A stretch of 32,442 bases of DNA from Fidelibacterota bacterium (GTDB lineage Bacteria > Fidelibacterota > Fidelibacteria > Fidelibacterales > DSDE01): NCBI GenBank assembly GCA_046735395.1, contig JBJKQR010000081.1:1-32442 (forward strand). Direction: 5' to 3'. Positions within the stretch are counted from its first letter, which is position 1. Each line of letters opens with the position of its first letter. This document shows, in pieces, positions 10,700 through 20,757 of this stretch. The notes beneath the pieces are model-generated. The model was not told where the DNA came from and ran no database searches. It saw only the letters and a list, made by a program, of their open reading frames with translations. A program made the position numbers and the translations under genes.

Positions 10700-11461
10700 A
10701 TGAATCGGTTAAATTTCAATGGCTCACGTCTGTTCAAGGTATTCATGAATGACATCCTGAAACAGAAGCGACGGCTGATCTCAGCCAGCGGAGGTGCTGC
10801 AGGTATTCTGGTGATGCTGTTTCTGCTGGCCTCCCTCAAGTCCGCGCCCCAGGGATTCTTTACGCCCTGGTATTATATCATTCTCTTTGTGGGTGGTTAT
10901 ATCGCCGCATCCAATGCCTTTCAGGATATTCATGAAAAGAACCGGAATTATGAATTTTTCATGCTGCCGGCGTCCATGGGAGAAAAGTTTCTGTCACGGC
11001 TGATCATGTACGGATTTCTCTTCCCCCTCTACGCATATCTGCTGATCTTTGTCACATCTGCTGCCGCATCCCTGTTTCACGGCATATTCTTCGGAAGCCT
11101 GACGCCCCTGTTTCATCCGGGAGGACAATGGCTGTTCCGAATCATCTGGATATTTGTTGTCACTCAGAGTGTTTTTCTGCTCGGAAGCCTCTATTTCAGC
11201 AATCATGCCTTCTTCAAAACCTCCATCGTGCTGACCGTTGTACAACTGCTGGTGTTTCTGATTATCCTGGCGATGCTGCGTCTGGTTTTCCATAATCTGT
11301 TCCAGAATCCCGTGAATTTCCAGTTCTCCCCCTTCAATCAGGAAGATCTCATTGACCTGGCAGGGAATTATTTTCGGGTTCTGAAGTTTGTGTTTCTGTA
11401 TCTGACTGCGCCCTTTCTGTGGGTGCTGTCCCTGCTGAAACTGGAGGAAAGTGAGGTTTGA
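10700..11461 (+). CDS. ABC-2-type transporter permease (putative)
   Basis: About 6 hydrophobic segments, MLPAS..EKF.SR motif, directly after the ATPase with SD GGAG. Confidence 0.8.
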   Translation: MNRLNFNGSRLFKVFMNDILKQKRRLISASGGAAGILVMLFLLASLKSAPQGFFTPWYYIILFVGGYIAASNAFQDIHEKNRNYEFFMLPASMGEKFLSRLIMYGFLFPLYAYLLIFVTSAAASLFHGIFFGSLTPLFHPGGQWLFRIIWIFVVTQSVFLLGSLYFSNHAFFKTSIVLTVVQLLVFLIILAMLRLVFHNLFQNPVNFQFSPFNQEDLIDLAGNYFRVLKFVFLYLTAPFLWVLSLLKLEESEV

Positions 11462-11462
11462 T

Positions 11463-11846
11463 ATGGAATTTTCAAACGGACAACCCATCTATCTTCAGAT
11501 CTCGGATATGATACTGGAGAAAATCCTGAGAAAGGATTGGACGGCAGGGATGAAGATTCCCTCCATCCGGGAAATTGCCACCGAAATGGAAGTGAATCCC
11601 AATACGGTGGTCAGAACCTATAATTTTCTGCAGGAGTCAGGAATGGTACAGAACCGGCGGGGAATCGGGTATTACGTGACGGAAGACGCGCGTGAACGAA
11701 CCCTGAGTGATCTCAAAACACGCTTTCTGACAGTGGAGCTGCCGGAGGTTGTGAGGAAGATGCATCTTCTCAGAATCGGCATGGACGAACTTCATCAGGC
11801 CTATCAAAATTATAACGAAAAGGATTTGGATCATGAAGACAAGTAA
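11463..11846 (+). CDS. GntR-family transcriptional regulator, YtrA subfamily
   Basis: PIYLQI...KIPSIREIA..MEVNPNTVVRTY..L...G.V..RRGIGYYV with the short C-terminal domain typical of YtrA. Confidence 0.93.
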   Translation: MEFSNGQPIYLQISDMILEKILRKDWTAGMKIPSIREIATEMEVNPNTVVRTYNFLQESGMVQNRRGIGYYVTEDARERTLSDLKTRFLTVELPEVVRKMHLLRIGMDELHQAYQNYNEKDLDHEDK

Positions 11847-12534
11847 TAAACTCTGGATTGCGGCATTCGGAATCCTCTTTCTGTTTTTTCTCTCCTTTCT
11901 CATCCATACGAAAAGCCGGATTATCCAGGATAATTCCTATGGCGATGGCCGGGATTCCTCGTATCAATGGGGCGAATTGACGAAGGAATATGATTTGGAT
12001 AATAGTGGATTTAATAGTATAAATATTAAAGGTAAGATTAGTCTAACTATTAAAAAAGCGGAAAGCTGGAGTATTCACGTCCGGGAAGAGGGCCGGGAGG
12101 ACCTGGAGATAGAGCAGAATGGCGATGAGCTGAATATTACAACGCGGCAGCATTCCAGGGGAAATGTGGAGATAAGCATCGGAATGCCCGAACTTTCAGC
12201 GCTTCGCCTCAAGGGTGCGGGTGAACTGGATTTTTCCGGATTTGATGAACCGGAACTATATCTGTATATCAAGGGTGCCTACAATCTGGAAGGCCGGGAC
12301 AGCAGGATAGAGAACCTGAGTGTTCGTGTTGAGGGTGCCGGGTCGCTGGATCTGAGTGAAGCTCCGGTGCATAACGCGGATCTGGATGTTCAGGGAATCG
12401 GATCCGTGCAGCTCACCATGACAGGCGGTATTCTGCAGGGAACTGCCAAAGGCATCGGATCGGTGAATATTGAGGGGGAGGTGGGTGACAACCGCCTGCG
12501 TCACGAAGGGATTATGAGTGTGACTCTGCCCTGA
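11833..12534 (+). CDS. DUF2807/GIN-domain (putative auto-transporter adhesin head-like) protein
   Basis: N-terminal MKTSNKL plus hydrophobic anchor; F.SI.I.G, MPELSAL.L.GAG and repeated (I/V).GAG/GIGS.. beta-solenoid units. Overlaps the GntR stop. Confidence 0.78.
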   Translation: MKTSNKLWIAAFGILFLFFLSFLIHTKSRIIQDNSYGDGRDSSYQWGELTKEYDLDNSGFNSINIKGKISLTIKKAESWSIHVREEGREDLEIEQNGDELNITTRQHSRGNVEISIGMPELSALRLKGAGELDFSGFDEPELYLYIKGAYNLEGRDSRIENLSVRVEGAGSLDLSEAPVHNADLDVQGIGSVQLTMTGGILQGTAKGIGSVNIEGEVGDNRLRHEGIMSVTLP

Positions 12535-12780
12535 TCAGGAAAACATCTTTTTGACCATGGCTTCGATCATAGCCTGAGGAAACATGGCCGGTTTTTTAGT
12601 GAGGGTGACGATCAGGGTGCTGCCGTCCGTGACGAAGGTACCCTGAGCGCCCAATCCGGCGAAAGATCCTTTTTTTGCGTCCCCATCGAGGGACAGTCCC
12701 ATCTGATCAGCTTTTGATCTGGCTTTCTGAAAGAGGACTTCCGGATCACCGGTTAAGGGAATTTTAAGTATTGACTCCAT
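12535..12780 (-). CDS. Small hypothetical protein (81 aa)
   Basis: SD AAGGAG upstream; overlaps the 3' end of the MFS gene (co-transcribed); GD..KGSF..G..G.F...G..L...L..KP..FP...IE pattern. Confidence 0.7.
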   Translation of the reverse strand: MESILKIPLTGDPEVLFQKARSKADQMGLSLDGDAKKGSFAGLGAQGTFVTDGSTLIVTLTKKPAMFPQAMIEAMVKKMFS

Positions 12781-14041
12781 TCAGATTTTCTCCTTCCTGT
12801 TTGAGCTGACGTGTATAATCCTTGATTAGAAAATGATATAGCAAAGTCCCCAGGCAGTAAAAGGCCGAGGTGATGAGGAAAATTTTGAAATAGGGCAGCT
12901 GGAGCAGGCGCAGCGCCTGGAATACCTTGGCGGAAATAAACCAGGATGCGGACCAGATACTGGACTGGAGTGCCGACATGAGTTCCTGGCTGTCCTGACC
13001 CACATATTCCATGGTGAGCTCGGATGAAACCGGGCTGCTCATGTTCATGAGGGGCTGGCGGAACATATAGGCGATGAATGCCAGAATGAAGATGCCGTGG
13101 ATCTGCGAAAATATTTCCGTGAGAGCCAGGAGCACCAGAAAACTGATACCCAGAAGTTGGGTGACGATGATGGTTTTCGCATAGCCGAAGCGGTTGCGGA
13201 TAACGGGAACCAGCAGGGATGACACGGATACGAGGAGCGCGGTGAGGCTGCCCATCAGGGAGAACTGTTCGAAATCGAGTTTGAAGACGGAGAAGAAGAA
13301 CAGGTTCATGAAGGGAATGGTGAGGCCTGCGCCGATGGCGATAATGATGGTGGGCAGCATGGCGCGAATAATCCGTCTCCATTCGTAATCTTTCCAGGCT
13401 GAAAAGATATCGAGGGATTTTTCGCCGCTGCTGACGGGCGTCTTTTCCCGAATCCGCAGTGCAAAGAGAATTGCACTGAAGGTCATGAGGATGATGAACA
13501 TGAGGGCATTGGCCTCGTCGAAATTCTTTCCCAGTGCCCGGGCAATGGCATCGCTGGCGCTGATGATGATGCCGGCGATAATCGTCGCCACGCTCCAGGT
13601 CGCGAAATCCAGTGAGATGGCTTCGGACACGGAATATTTAGGCGTATTCCGCATGATGAAGGGCAGAACCGTCACCTGGATGAACATGACGCCCACACCC
13701 CAGATTCCGAAGAAGAGTTTGATGAATATATCCGCCTTCATGGGTATGAGAAAGAGGATGGAGAGGGAGGAAAAGGGCACCAGAATAGCCGAAGCAATGA
13801 TATAGGGTCTGAGGCGTCGTCCTCGGATGAAGAGCCCGAAGGGGAAGCCGAGGAGCAGGACGCCCAGAAAACGGTAGGAGACGAAGGAGGCGATGGCCGA
13901 ATCCGAGTAGCCCAGCTTCTTCAGATAAATATTGAGGATGAGCATGAACGCCGAATTGCTGAGATTCACCAGAAAAACCACGGCGATGGTGGCCAGGACA
14001 GGACGCGGAATACTGCGGTAGCGATGGATCAGGTCACTCAT
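12764..14041 (-). CDS. MFS transporter
   Basis: 425 aa with about 12 hydrophobic segments, loop motifs G.FIRGRR and RNRFGY, and a central hydrophilic loop. Confidence 0.9.
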   Translation of the reverse strand: MSDLIHRYRSIPRPVLATIAVVFLVNLSNSAFMLILNIYLKKLGYSDSAIASFVSYRFLGVLLLGFPFGLFIRGRRLRPYIIASAILVPFSSLSILFLIPMKADIFIKLFFGIWGVGVMFIQVTVLPFIMRNTPKYSVSEAISLDFATWSVATIIAGIIISASDAIARALGKNFDEANALMFIILMTFSAILFALRIREKTPVSSGEKSLDIFSAWKDYEWRRIIRAMLPTIIIAIGAGLTIPFMNLFFFSVFKLDFEQFSLMGSLTALLVSVSSLLVPVIRNRFGYAKTIIVTQLLGISFLVLLALTEIFSQIHGIFILAFIAYMFRQPLMNMSSPVSSELTMEYVGQDSQELMSALQSSIWSASWFISAKVFQALRLLQLPYFKIFLITSAFYCLGTLLYHFLIKDYTRQLKQEGENLNGVNT

Positions 14042-14288
14042 ATTTTTTCGAACTCCGTAAGGGGATTGTCATATATGGAAATTAGTGTATTTCACACATA
14101 TTCGGAATGGAAATATTCCGGATAGTCAGCTTCTGTGACCGGGGAATGGAAAATATTTTATCACGATCCGGAGGAATGATACATCCGGGAAAGAAAAGCA
14201 TGACTTTGTGGAATCGGAGAGCTAATATTACCCTGATATGGAAATCCCTTTCTGCAAACGGCCCTGTTTAAAATGGAGGTTTTGATTT

Positions 14289-15080
14289 ATGAATAGAGAT
14301 GATTGGAATCCGGAGCAGTATTTAAGATTCGACAGGGAACGGATACAGCCATCCGTTGATTTGGTGGGGAGGATAGATATGGACGGGCCGGAACGGATAA
14401 TTGACATCGGCTGCGGGCCGGGGAACAGCACGCAGATACTGGCGGCCCGGTGGCCAGGAACCCGGATTAGCGGTGCCGATAAATCACCGGCGATGATTAA
14501 AAGGGCTGCCGCTGATTTTCCGGATCAGGAGTGGATTTTGCTTGATGCGGAAGCGGATATGCCCGATGATAAATATGATATAGTCTTTTCGAATGCGGCC
14601 ATTCAATGGATACCGGATCATGATAAATTGCTGCAGAAATTTGCCGGTCTGCTGAATGAAAACGGCCGGATAGCGGTTCAGTTACCGCTGTTTTTTGATA
14701 TGCCTCTCGGGCTGGCCATCCGGGAAATCGGCCGGGATAAAACGTGGGCGGAGGCCACGGCAGGTGTGGAGGATCTGTTCACGATTCACAGTCCCGGATA
14801 TTATTATGACCATCTGGCTGAATATTTTTGCAATATTGATATCTGGACTACGGATTATTATCATGTCATGGCTTCTCAGTCCATGATTCTGGATATGATA
14901 CGCAGCACCGGATTAAAACCTTATCTGGAACGGCTGGATGACAGCGGAGGGGCTGAATTTGAAAAACGGGTGTTTGAAAAGATACAGCAGGATTATCCGC
15001 TTCAGAATGACGGAAAGGTGCTGTTCCCCTTTAAGCGATTGTTTTTTATAGCTGAAAAGCAGATGTCCGGGAAATTATAA
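14289..15080 (+). CDS. tam: Trans-aconitate 2-methyltransferase
   Basis: WNPEQYLRF..ER..P..DL, DIGCGPGNST (SAM motif I), SNAAIQW, STGLKPYL, FPFKRLFFIA. SD GGAGG. Confidence 0.88.
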   Translation: MNRDDWNPEQYLRFDRERIQPSVDLVGRIDMDGPERIIDIGCGPGNSTQILAARWPGTRISGADKSPAMIKRAAADFPDQEWILLDAEADMPDDKYDIVFSNAAIQWIPDHDKLLQKFAGLLNENGRIAVQLPLFFDMPLGLAIREIGRDKTWAEATAGVEDLFTIHSPGYYYDHLAEYFCNIDIWTTDYYHVMASQSMILDMIRSTGLKPYLERLDDSGGAEFEKRVFEKIQQDYPLQNDGKVLFPFKRLFFIAEKQMSGKL

Positions 15081-15261
15081 TTGATGTTAACATCCTGAAT
15101 TCCGGGCGTGACGCGTGATCCGGATTCTGCTGTGATACCCCTCCCGTCCCTTCATTTCGAAAAAGCCGGGAATGCGGATCAAAAGATTGAAAATAATTGA
15201 TATTTGTTGTAAACTCCCGGGATGATCGGAATGATATTTGACAAAAAGGAGGGGCGCCGGA

Positions 15262-15753
15262 ATGGGTAAGGAACAACGACATCGGTCACGGGAATTTTCC
15301 ATACAGGTATTGTATTCCTACTACCTCTCCGGGAACCCGATTGATCAGATCATCGAAACCATTGCATCATTCAATGAATATCCGGAATACGATGAGGAGC
15401 ACATGCGGCTCCTGGTGACGAAGACCATCACCAATACGGAAGCGCTGGATATCCGGATCCGGGAAAAGGCGGCGAACTGGGATTTTTCCCGTATTGCCGT
15501 GATCGACAAGATCATTCTGCGTCAGGCCATTGCTGAGTTTCTGTACGCGGATGATGTACCCCCGAGGGTTACCATCGTGGAGGCGGTGGAGCTGGCCAAG
15601 GTCTATTCCACCGAGGACAGTTTCAGTTTCATCAATGGAATTCTGGACAAGATCTACCATGAACTGGTAGACGAGGGCCGCATCATTCCTGCAAATTTTC
15701 CCGAACGTCCCCGCGAGGACGCGAAATCTTCCACGACAGATAAAAAATCATAA
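15262..15753 (+). CDS. nusB: Transcription antitermination factor NusB
   Basis: R.RSRE..IQ.LY, NW.FSRIA.IDK.ILR, VP.RV.I.EAVELAK.YS..DS..FINGILD. ATG 15262 follows AGGAGG. Confidence 0.95.
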   Translation: MGKEQRHRSREFSIQVLYSYYLSGNPIDQIIETIASFNEYPEYDEEHMRLLVTKTITNTEALDIRIREKAANWDFSRIAVIDKIILRQAIAEFLYADDVPPRVTIVEAVELAKVYSTEDSFSFINGILDKIYHELVDEGRIIPANFPERPREDAKSSTTDKKS

Positions 15754-15771
15754 TCATAAACCGGGATTACC

Positions 15772-18700
15772 ATGTTAGCTAAAATTTTGGAAAGGATGTT
15801 CGGCACTTCCTCAGACCGCTACATCAAGGGAATACTTACGATAGTTGAAGAGATAAATGAGAAATTCGATTCCTATGAATCGCTGACGGATGATGAACTG
15901 AAAGCCAAAACGGATGAGTTCACGACCTTTATTGATGATGCGCGGAAGGCCGCGCGTGAGGAAGGAACTGCGGCCGGGATTGAGGACCGTGAGCTGGATG
16001 ATAAAATATATCAGGCTGAGCAGGATGCGCTGAACACGATCATGCCCGATGCCTTTGCCGTGGTGAAACAGGCCTGCAAGCGCCTTCTGGGGCAGGAGAT
16101 CAACCTGATGGGCCGGAAGGCCGTCTGGGATATGGTGCCCTTTGACGTGCAGCTCATGGGGGCTATTGTTCTCCATCGCGGAAACATTTCCGAAATGAAG
16201 ACCGGTGAAGGAAAAACACTGGTCGCCACCATGCCCATTTACCTGAATGCCCTGACCCGCCGCGGTGTTCATCTCATTACGGTCAATGATTATCTGGCCG
16301 AACGTGACAGTCAGTGGATGGGAGCCATTTACAGCTTCCTGGGCCTGAGCGTGGGAAAAATTCTCAACAGCATGCCGAATAGTGAACGGCAGGCCAATTA
16401 TGCCTGTGATATCGTTTACGGTACCAATAATGAATTCGGATTTGACTATCTGCGGGACAATATGGCGGTACGGCCGGAAGATGTGGTACAGCGCGGACAT
16501 TACTACTGTATCGTCGATGAAGTGGACTCGGTGCTCATCGATGAGGCCCGGACGCCGCTCATCATCAGCGGGCCCGTGGAGTCGAATACGCATGAACTGT
16601 ACAAGAAGCTCCGTCCCGATGTGGAAAAGCTGGTTCGCGCCCAGAAAAAACTCATCACCTCTCTCCTCGATGAAATCGATACCTTCAAGGACGGCGCGAT
16701 TGATCTGCCCAAGGGCACAAAAATCCTGATGACGACCCGCGGACTGCCGCGGAACAAGCGCGTGATCCGTCTGCTGCAGGAACCGGGTATACAGAACAAG
16801 GTTCTCGAAACGGAAAATTACTACATGCAGGAAAAGAAACTGCAGGATGTGGATGAGGAACTGTACTACTCCATCGATGAAAAAAATCATATTATCGACA
16901 TCAGCGAAAAGGGACGTCAGCTGCTGGCTCCCAATGATCCGGAACAGTTTGTGATTCCCGACATCGGGGATGAATTCGGCAAAGTGGATGAAAATTCCGA
17001 TCTGAGCGAAATGGAAAAGCGCAAGGAAAAGGACCGGATACAGCGGGTTCACGCGGAACGCAGTGAGACCATTCACAATATTCATCAGCTGCTGAGAGCC
17101 TACAGCCTCTACGACAAGGACGTGGATTATGTGGTTCAGGACGGCAAGGTTCAGATCGTTGATGAATTCACCGGACGTATTCTGGCCGGACGCCGCTACA
17201 GCGACGGACTGCATCAGGCCATCGAAGCCAAGGAAAATGTCCATATCGAAGGTGAAAACCAGACTCTGGCCACCATTACCCTGCAGAATTATTTCCGCAT
17301 GTACGACAAGCTGGCCGGTATGACCGGTACGGCACTGACGGAAGCGCCGGAATTTCATGAAATTTATAAACTGGATGTGGTCAGCATTCCCACCAACAAG
17401 GATGTGGCCCGTGTGGACATGGATGACCGCATTTACAAGACCAAGCGGGAAAAATACAAGGCCATCATTGACGAGATCGAAGCCTGTCACCACAAGGGAC
17501 AGCCGGTTCTGGTCGGAACCATTTCCGTGGAAGTGTCGGAAACGCTGAGCCGTATTCTCACCCGGACCCGCATTCCTCACAGTGTGCTCAATGCGAAACA
17601 GCATCAGTCGGAGGCGGAAATTGTGCAGAGGGCGGGACAGTTCGGGGCGGTCACCATTGCCACGAATATGGCAGGACGCGGAACCGATATCAAGATTCTG
17701 GATGACATCAAGGAGCTGGGCGGCCTGCGGATTATCGGAACCGAACGGCATGAATCGCGGCGTATTGACCTGCAGCTGCGCGGACGTTCCGGCCGTCAGG
17801 GCGATCCCGGATCCTCGCTTTTTTATCTGAGTCTGGAAGATGATCTCATGCGCCTCTTCAACAGTGAGCGGATTGCATCCATTATGGACCGCCTCGGTGT
17901 GGAGGAAGGCGAGGTCATTACCCATCCCATGATTTCCCGGTCCATTGAGCGGGCCCAGAAAAAGGTGGAGGAACGCAACTTCAGCATCCGGAAGCACCTT
18001 CTCGAATATGACGATGTGATGAATAAACAGCGGGAAGTCATTTACGACCGGCGCACCTACGCTCTCATGGGCGGTGACCTGACGGAAGAATACCAGACTA
18101 TGCTCAGTGAGTTTACGGATTCGCTGATTGACAAATACTGCAGTGACAGCGCTGCGGATTCCTGGGAATGGGATAACATTCGCAGCCAGGCGGTACAGAT
18201 CGTGATGGTCGATGTTCAGGATATCGATCTGGTGGGGCTGGACCGCGACATTCTGAGAAATTATATCCTGGACAGGGCCCGGGAAAATCTGAAACAGAAG
18301 CAGGCTCTGGTCCCTGAATCAGTGTGGCCGCAGCTTCAGCGCTGGGTTTATCTGAGAACCATTGATGAGCACTGGAAGGAACATCTCTACGAACTGGATT
18401 CGGTCAAGGAGGGAATCGGGTTGCAGGCCTATGGCCAAAAGGATCCCCTCATCATGTACAAGCAGGAGGCCTATCGTCTGTTTGCCGAACTTCTGGACCG
18501 CATCAATTCGGACACGCTGAAAATTCTCTTCCGCACCCAGGTGGAAGCTGAACGCCCGGTACCACAGGCTAAACTTCGTCCCATGCAGATGAACCTGCAG
18601 CATGCTTCCGCCGACAATATGGGTTTTCAGGGCGGTTCCGGAAATCGTCAGGATCCGTCCCAGAGAGGAAAAGCCCAGCCGGTGCGGAGAGACCAGCCCA

Positions 18701-18774
18701 AGGTGGGACGCAATGAACCCTGTCCCTGCGGCAGCGGCAAGAAATACAAACATTGTCATGGCGCCAACGCCTGA
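15772..18774 (+). CDS. secA: Preprotein translocase subunit SecA
   Basis: [61 protein letters not shown]-terminal SEC-C motif [19 protein letters not shown]. Confidence 0.99.
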   Translation: MLAKILERMFGTSSDRYIKGILTIVEEINEKFDSYESLTDDELKAKTDEFTTFIDDARKAAREEGTAAGIEDRELDDKIYQAEQDALNTIMPDAFAVVKQACKRLLGQEINLMGRKAVWDMVPFDVQLMGAIVLHRGNISEMKTGEGKTLVATMPIYLNALTRRGVHLITVNDYLAERDSQWMGAIYSFLGLSVGKILNSMPNSERQANYACDIVYGTNNEFGFDYLRDNMAVRPEDVVQRGHYYCIVDEVDSVLIDEARTPLIISGPVESNTHELYKKLRPDVEKLVRAQKKLITSLLDEIDTFKDGAIDLPKGTKILMTTRGLPRNKRVIRLLQEPGIQNKVLETENYYMQEKKLQDVDEELYYSIDEKNHIIDISEKGRQLLAPNDPEQFVIPDIGDEFGKVDENSDLSEMEKRKEKDRIQRVHAERSETIHNIHQLLRAYSLYDKDVDYVVQDGKVQIVDEFTGRILAGRRYSDGLHQAIEAKENVHIEGENQTLATITLQNYFRMYDKLAGMTGTALTEAPEFHEIYKLDVVSIPTNKDVARVDMDDRIYKTKREKYKAIIDEIEACHHKGQPVLVGTISVEVSETLSRILTRTRIPHSVLNAKQHQSEAEIVQRAGQFGAVTIATNMAGRGTDIKILDDIKELGGLRIIGTERHESRRIDLQLRGRSGRQGDPGSSLFYLSLEDDLMRLFNSERIASIMDRLGVEEGEVITHPMISRSIERAQKKVEERNFSIRKHLLEYDDVMNKQREVIYDRRTYALMGGDLTEEYQTMLSEFTDSLIDKYCSDSAADSWEWDNIRSQAVQIVMVDVQDIDLVGLDRDILRNYILDRARENLKQKQALVPESVWPQLQRWVYLRTIDEHWKEHLYELDSVKEGIGLQAYGQKDPLIMYKQEAYRLFAELLDRINSDTLKILFRTQVEAERPVPQAKLRPMQMNLQHASADNMGFQGGSGNRQDPSQRGKAQPVRRDQPKVGRNEPCPCGSGKKYKHCHGANA

Positions 18775-19016
18775 CCTCCGCGGACAGATTTTTTCTGCAT
18801 ATCTGCATACATTCGAATACATGATTTTCTGGCCCGACCCACGGAATGGGCTTTGGATCTGTATAATATTTTCCAGAAAAAGCATAATCTGATGCTGATC
18901 ACTGCATCCGGCCGGGACGCTTCTCAGCCGTGAATTCCCCTTTTTTTGTTCCCCTATTTTCATTATAATGGAAATAATTGGGTATGGACCCGCATTTGAC
19001 AGAACAGGAGGATGGG

Positions 19017-19745
19017 ATGGCCGGAATCAGAATGCATGATCATCGCTGTGGCAGGACGGGTATCTTTCGACTGCTTCTCCTTGCCGGACTGCTGACGATG
19101 ATGTGGGCCTGCGCTGTTCAGCATCCGCTGACCATCGCGGATATCGAACCGAAGCTGGCCAACTTTGACATTGCCTATGAATACGGTATTGGCGGCGAGG
19201 ATGGGATTATTACCTATTACAGTATCGGGAATGATGATTTTGACGCTTTTTTTAAAACGGCAGCCAAACTGGACGGATTGATCATCCTGACACATTATAT
19301 GACCATGACGGCGACAGGACAGCTGAAGAAGTATGCCATGTCCGCGGCGGCAAATGAGGCTCTGAAGGACAATATTCACGAACTGGTGGGCGATACGCCT
19401 CCTGAGGAGTACTCGACGGAGCAGAGTATTGCCGTCATGCAGCTGGCCAAACAGCAGGACAAGGTCAGCGACGAGGAAAGGAAGTATTTCGCGACCACCA
19501 GCCTGAGCCTCGGCGTCGGTGTCTATTCCCTGACGAAGGGAGTTATTGAAACAGGAAATCTGCTCCGGGACGGCAGCAACCTGCTGCAGAATATCGGTTT
19601 GCTGGAACCATGGAAAATTCCGGCTGCGACGAAAGCTATTTCAGCGAGTATGACAAACCTGAAATCCATCCGCAATAATGCTCCGGCCACTCTCGAGGAA
19701 ATGAAGGTGCTGTATGAAGGTTTCAAAGCTTTAAACGGAGACTGA
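19017..19745 (+). CDS. Hypothetical lipoprotein, predicted mainly helical
   Basis: ATG 19017 follows AGGAGG; hydrophobic stretch ending in a lipobox-like MWAC; 3 nt before the next gene; TATAAT at 18964-18969. Confidence 0.7.
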   Translation: MAGIRMHDHRCGRTGIFRLLLLAGLLTMMWACAVQHPLTIADIEPKLANFDIAYEYGIGGEDGIITYYSIGNDDFDAFFKTAAKLDGLIILTHYMTMTATGQLKKYAMSAAANEALKDNIHELVGDTPPEEYSTEQSIAVMQLAKQQDKVSDEERKYFATTSLSLGVGVYSLTKGVIETGNLLRDGSNLLQNIGLLEPWKIPAATKAISASMTNLKSIRNNAPATLEEMKVLYEGFKALNGD

Positions 19746-19748
19746 GAT

Positions 19749-20690
19749 ATGAAAAAATTTTTAAGCCTGATGTTGATTGCATCTATAGGTCTGATGCTGA
19801 TGAATTCCTGTGCCGGCACCGCCCCGGCGCCGAAAACGGTGGAGGCTCCCATCGTAATGCCTTCCGGATGGGATGATGCGGTCATCGATAAAATCAAATC
19901 CGGCCAGGGTACACGCTATTCGCTGGCGGTTCTGACTTTTGACGGAAAGGACAAACTGCAGGGCAAGGCTGATCTGAGTATGGCCGATATGCTGACAACA
20001 GCGCTGGTGAACACGAAAAGATTTGATCTGGTGGAACGGAACAAGATCGACAAGATCATTGAGGAACAGAGCCTGGGGCTGACCGGACTGGTCGATGAAA
20101 GCACGGCTGCAAAGGTCGGTGAATTATTGGGCGCCGAATATATAGTGACCGGAGTCGTAAGTTCTGCGACGCGGAAGGATATTGACAAATTCGGTTATAT
20201 GCTGGTGCAGATCGAAGTGGGCATTGACGTACGGGCCATCAATACCAGCACTGGTGAAATTCTCATGTCGGATGCCGCCGTCGGGCTCAACGAGAATAAA
20301 ATCGTGAAAACCGCCGATGGAACCGTTGTCAGCGGCGCCATTGACTATAAGGCTGCCTATGCTGCCGCAGCCCGTGATGCGGTCAATAAGGTCGCGGAAA
20401 AGCTGGCCTCCAGGTCCCCTCTCATCGGGTTTATCGTCGCGGCCGGAAACGGGGACGTCACTCTGGATATCGGGGAGGACCGGGGCATCCGCAGCGGTGA
20501 TCAGCTGGTGGCTTTCCGGGTGGGAAATGAACTCAAACATCCTGCCACCGGGGCTCATCTCGGTTGGGAAAAAACGCCTCTGGCGATTCTCAGGGTGACC
20601 GCTTCGGAGAAATCCCTGTCCCGGGCAGCCATAGTACGAAGCAAAGCGGATGTGACGCTTCAGGCCGGAGATTTCGTCATCAGCCGGTGA
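19749..20690 (+). CDS. CsgG/HfaB-family lipoprotein with a C-terminal FlgT_C-like beta domain
   Basis: Lipobox MNSC; LAVL.F...DMLTTALV.T.RF.LVER..IDKII.EQ.LG..GL.D..TA.KVG.LLGAEYIVTG; R.I..STGEI; C-terminal LDIG...GI..GD...F..G...HP.TG..LG. Confidence 0.85.
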   Translation: MKKFLSLMLIASIGLMLMNSCAGTAPAPKTVEAPIVMPSGWDDAVIDKIKSGQGTRYSLAVLTFDGKDKLQGKADLSMADMLTTALVNTKRFDLVERNKIDKIIEEQSLGLTGLVDESTAAKVGELLGAEYIVTGVVSSATRKDIDKFGYMLVQIEVGIDVRAINTSTGEILMSDAAVGLNENKIVKTADGTVVSGAIDYKAAYAAAARDAVNKVAEKLASRSPLIGFIVAAGNGDVTLDIGEDRGIRSGDQLVAFRVGNELKHPATGAHLGWEKTPLAILRVTASEKSLSRAAIVRSKADVTLQAGDFVISR

Positions 20691-20710
20691 AACAGATTTA
20701 CATGTAAAAT

Positions 20711-20737
20711 AAAAAAGGCCCGGATCTCGGGCCTTTT
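20711..20737. terminator. Bidirectional intrinsic terminator between convergent genes
   Basis: AAAAAAGGCCCG-GATCT-CGGGCCTTTT. Confidence 0.85.
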
Positions 20738-20757
20738 CTGTATGTGCACTGTTTTTA

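Noticed and set aside
14104..14157. Direct repeat GGAATGGAAA(A)TATT twice, resembling a CRISPR repeat end
   Set aside because: Only two 14-15-nt copies 39 nt apart, too short for repeat plus spacer, and no cas genes. It could be a regulator site but nothing supports that.
15811..17997. 728-aa antisense ORF opposite secA (likewise 4736-5677, 20860-21741, 27384-28271, 28240-29136)
   Set aside because: Shadow ORFs produced by codon bias of well-supported genes on the other strand; no recognisable motifs.
19749..20690. Curli biogenesis operon
   Set aside because: No curlin-repeat, CsgE or CsgF genes nearby.
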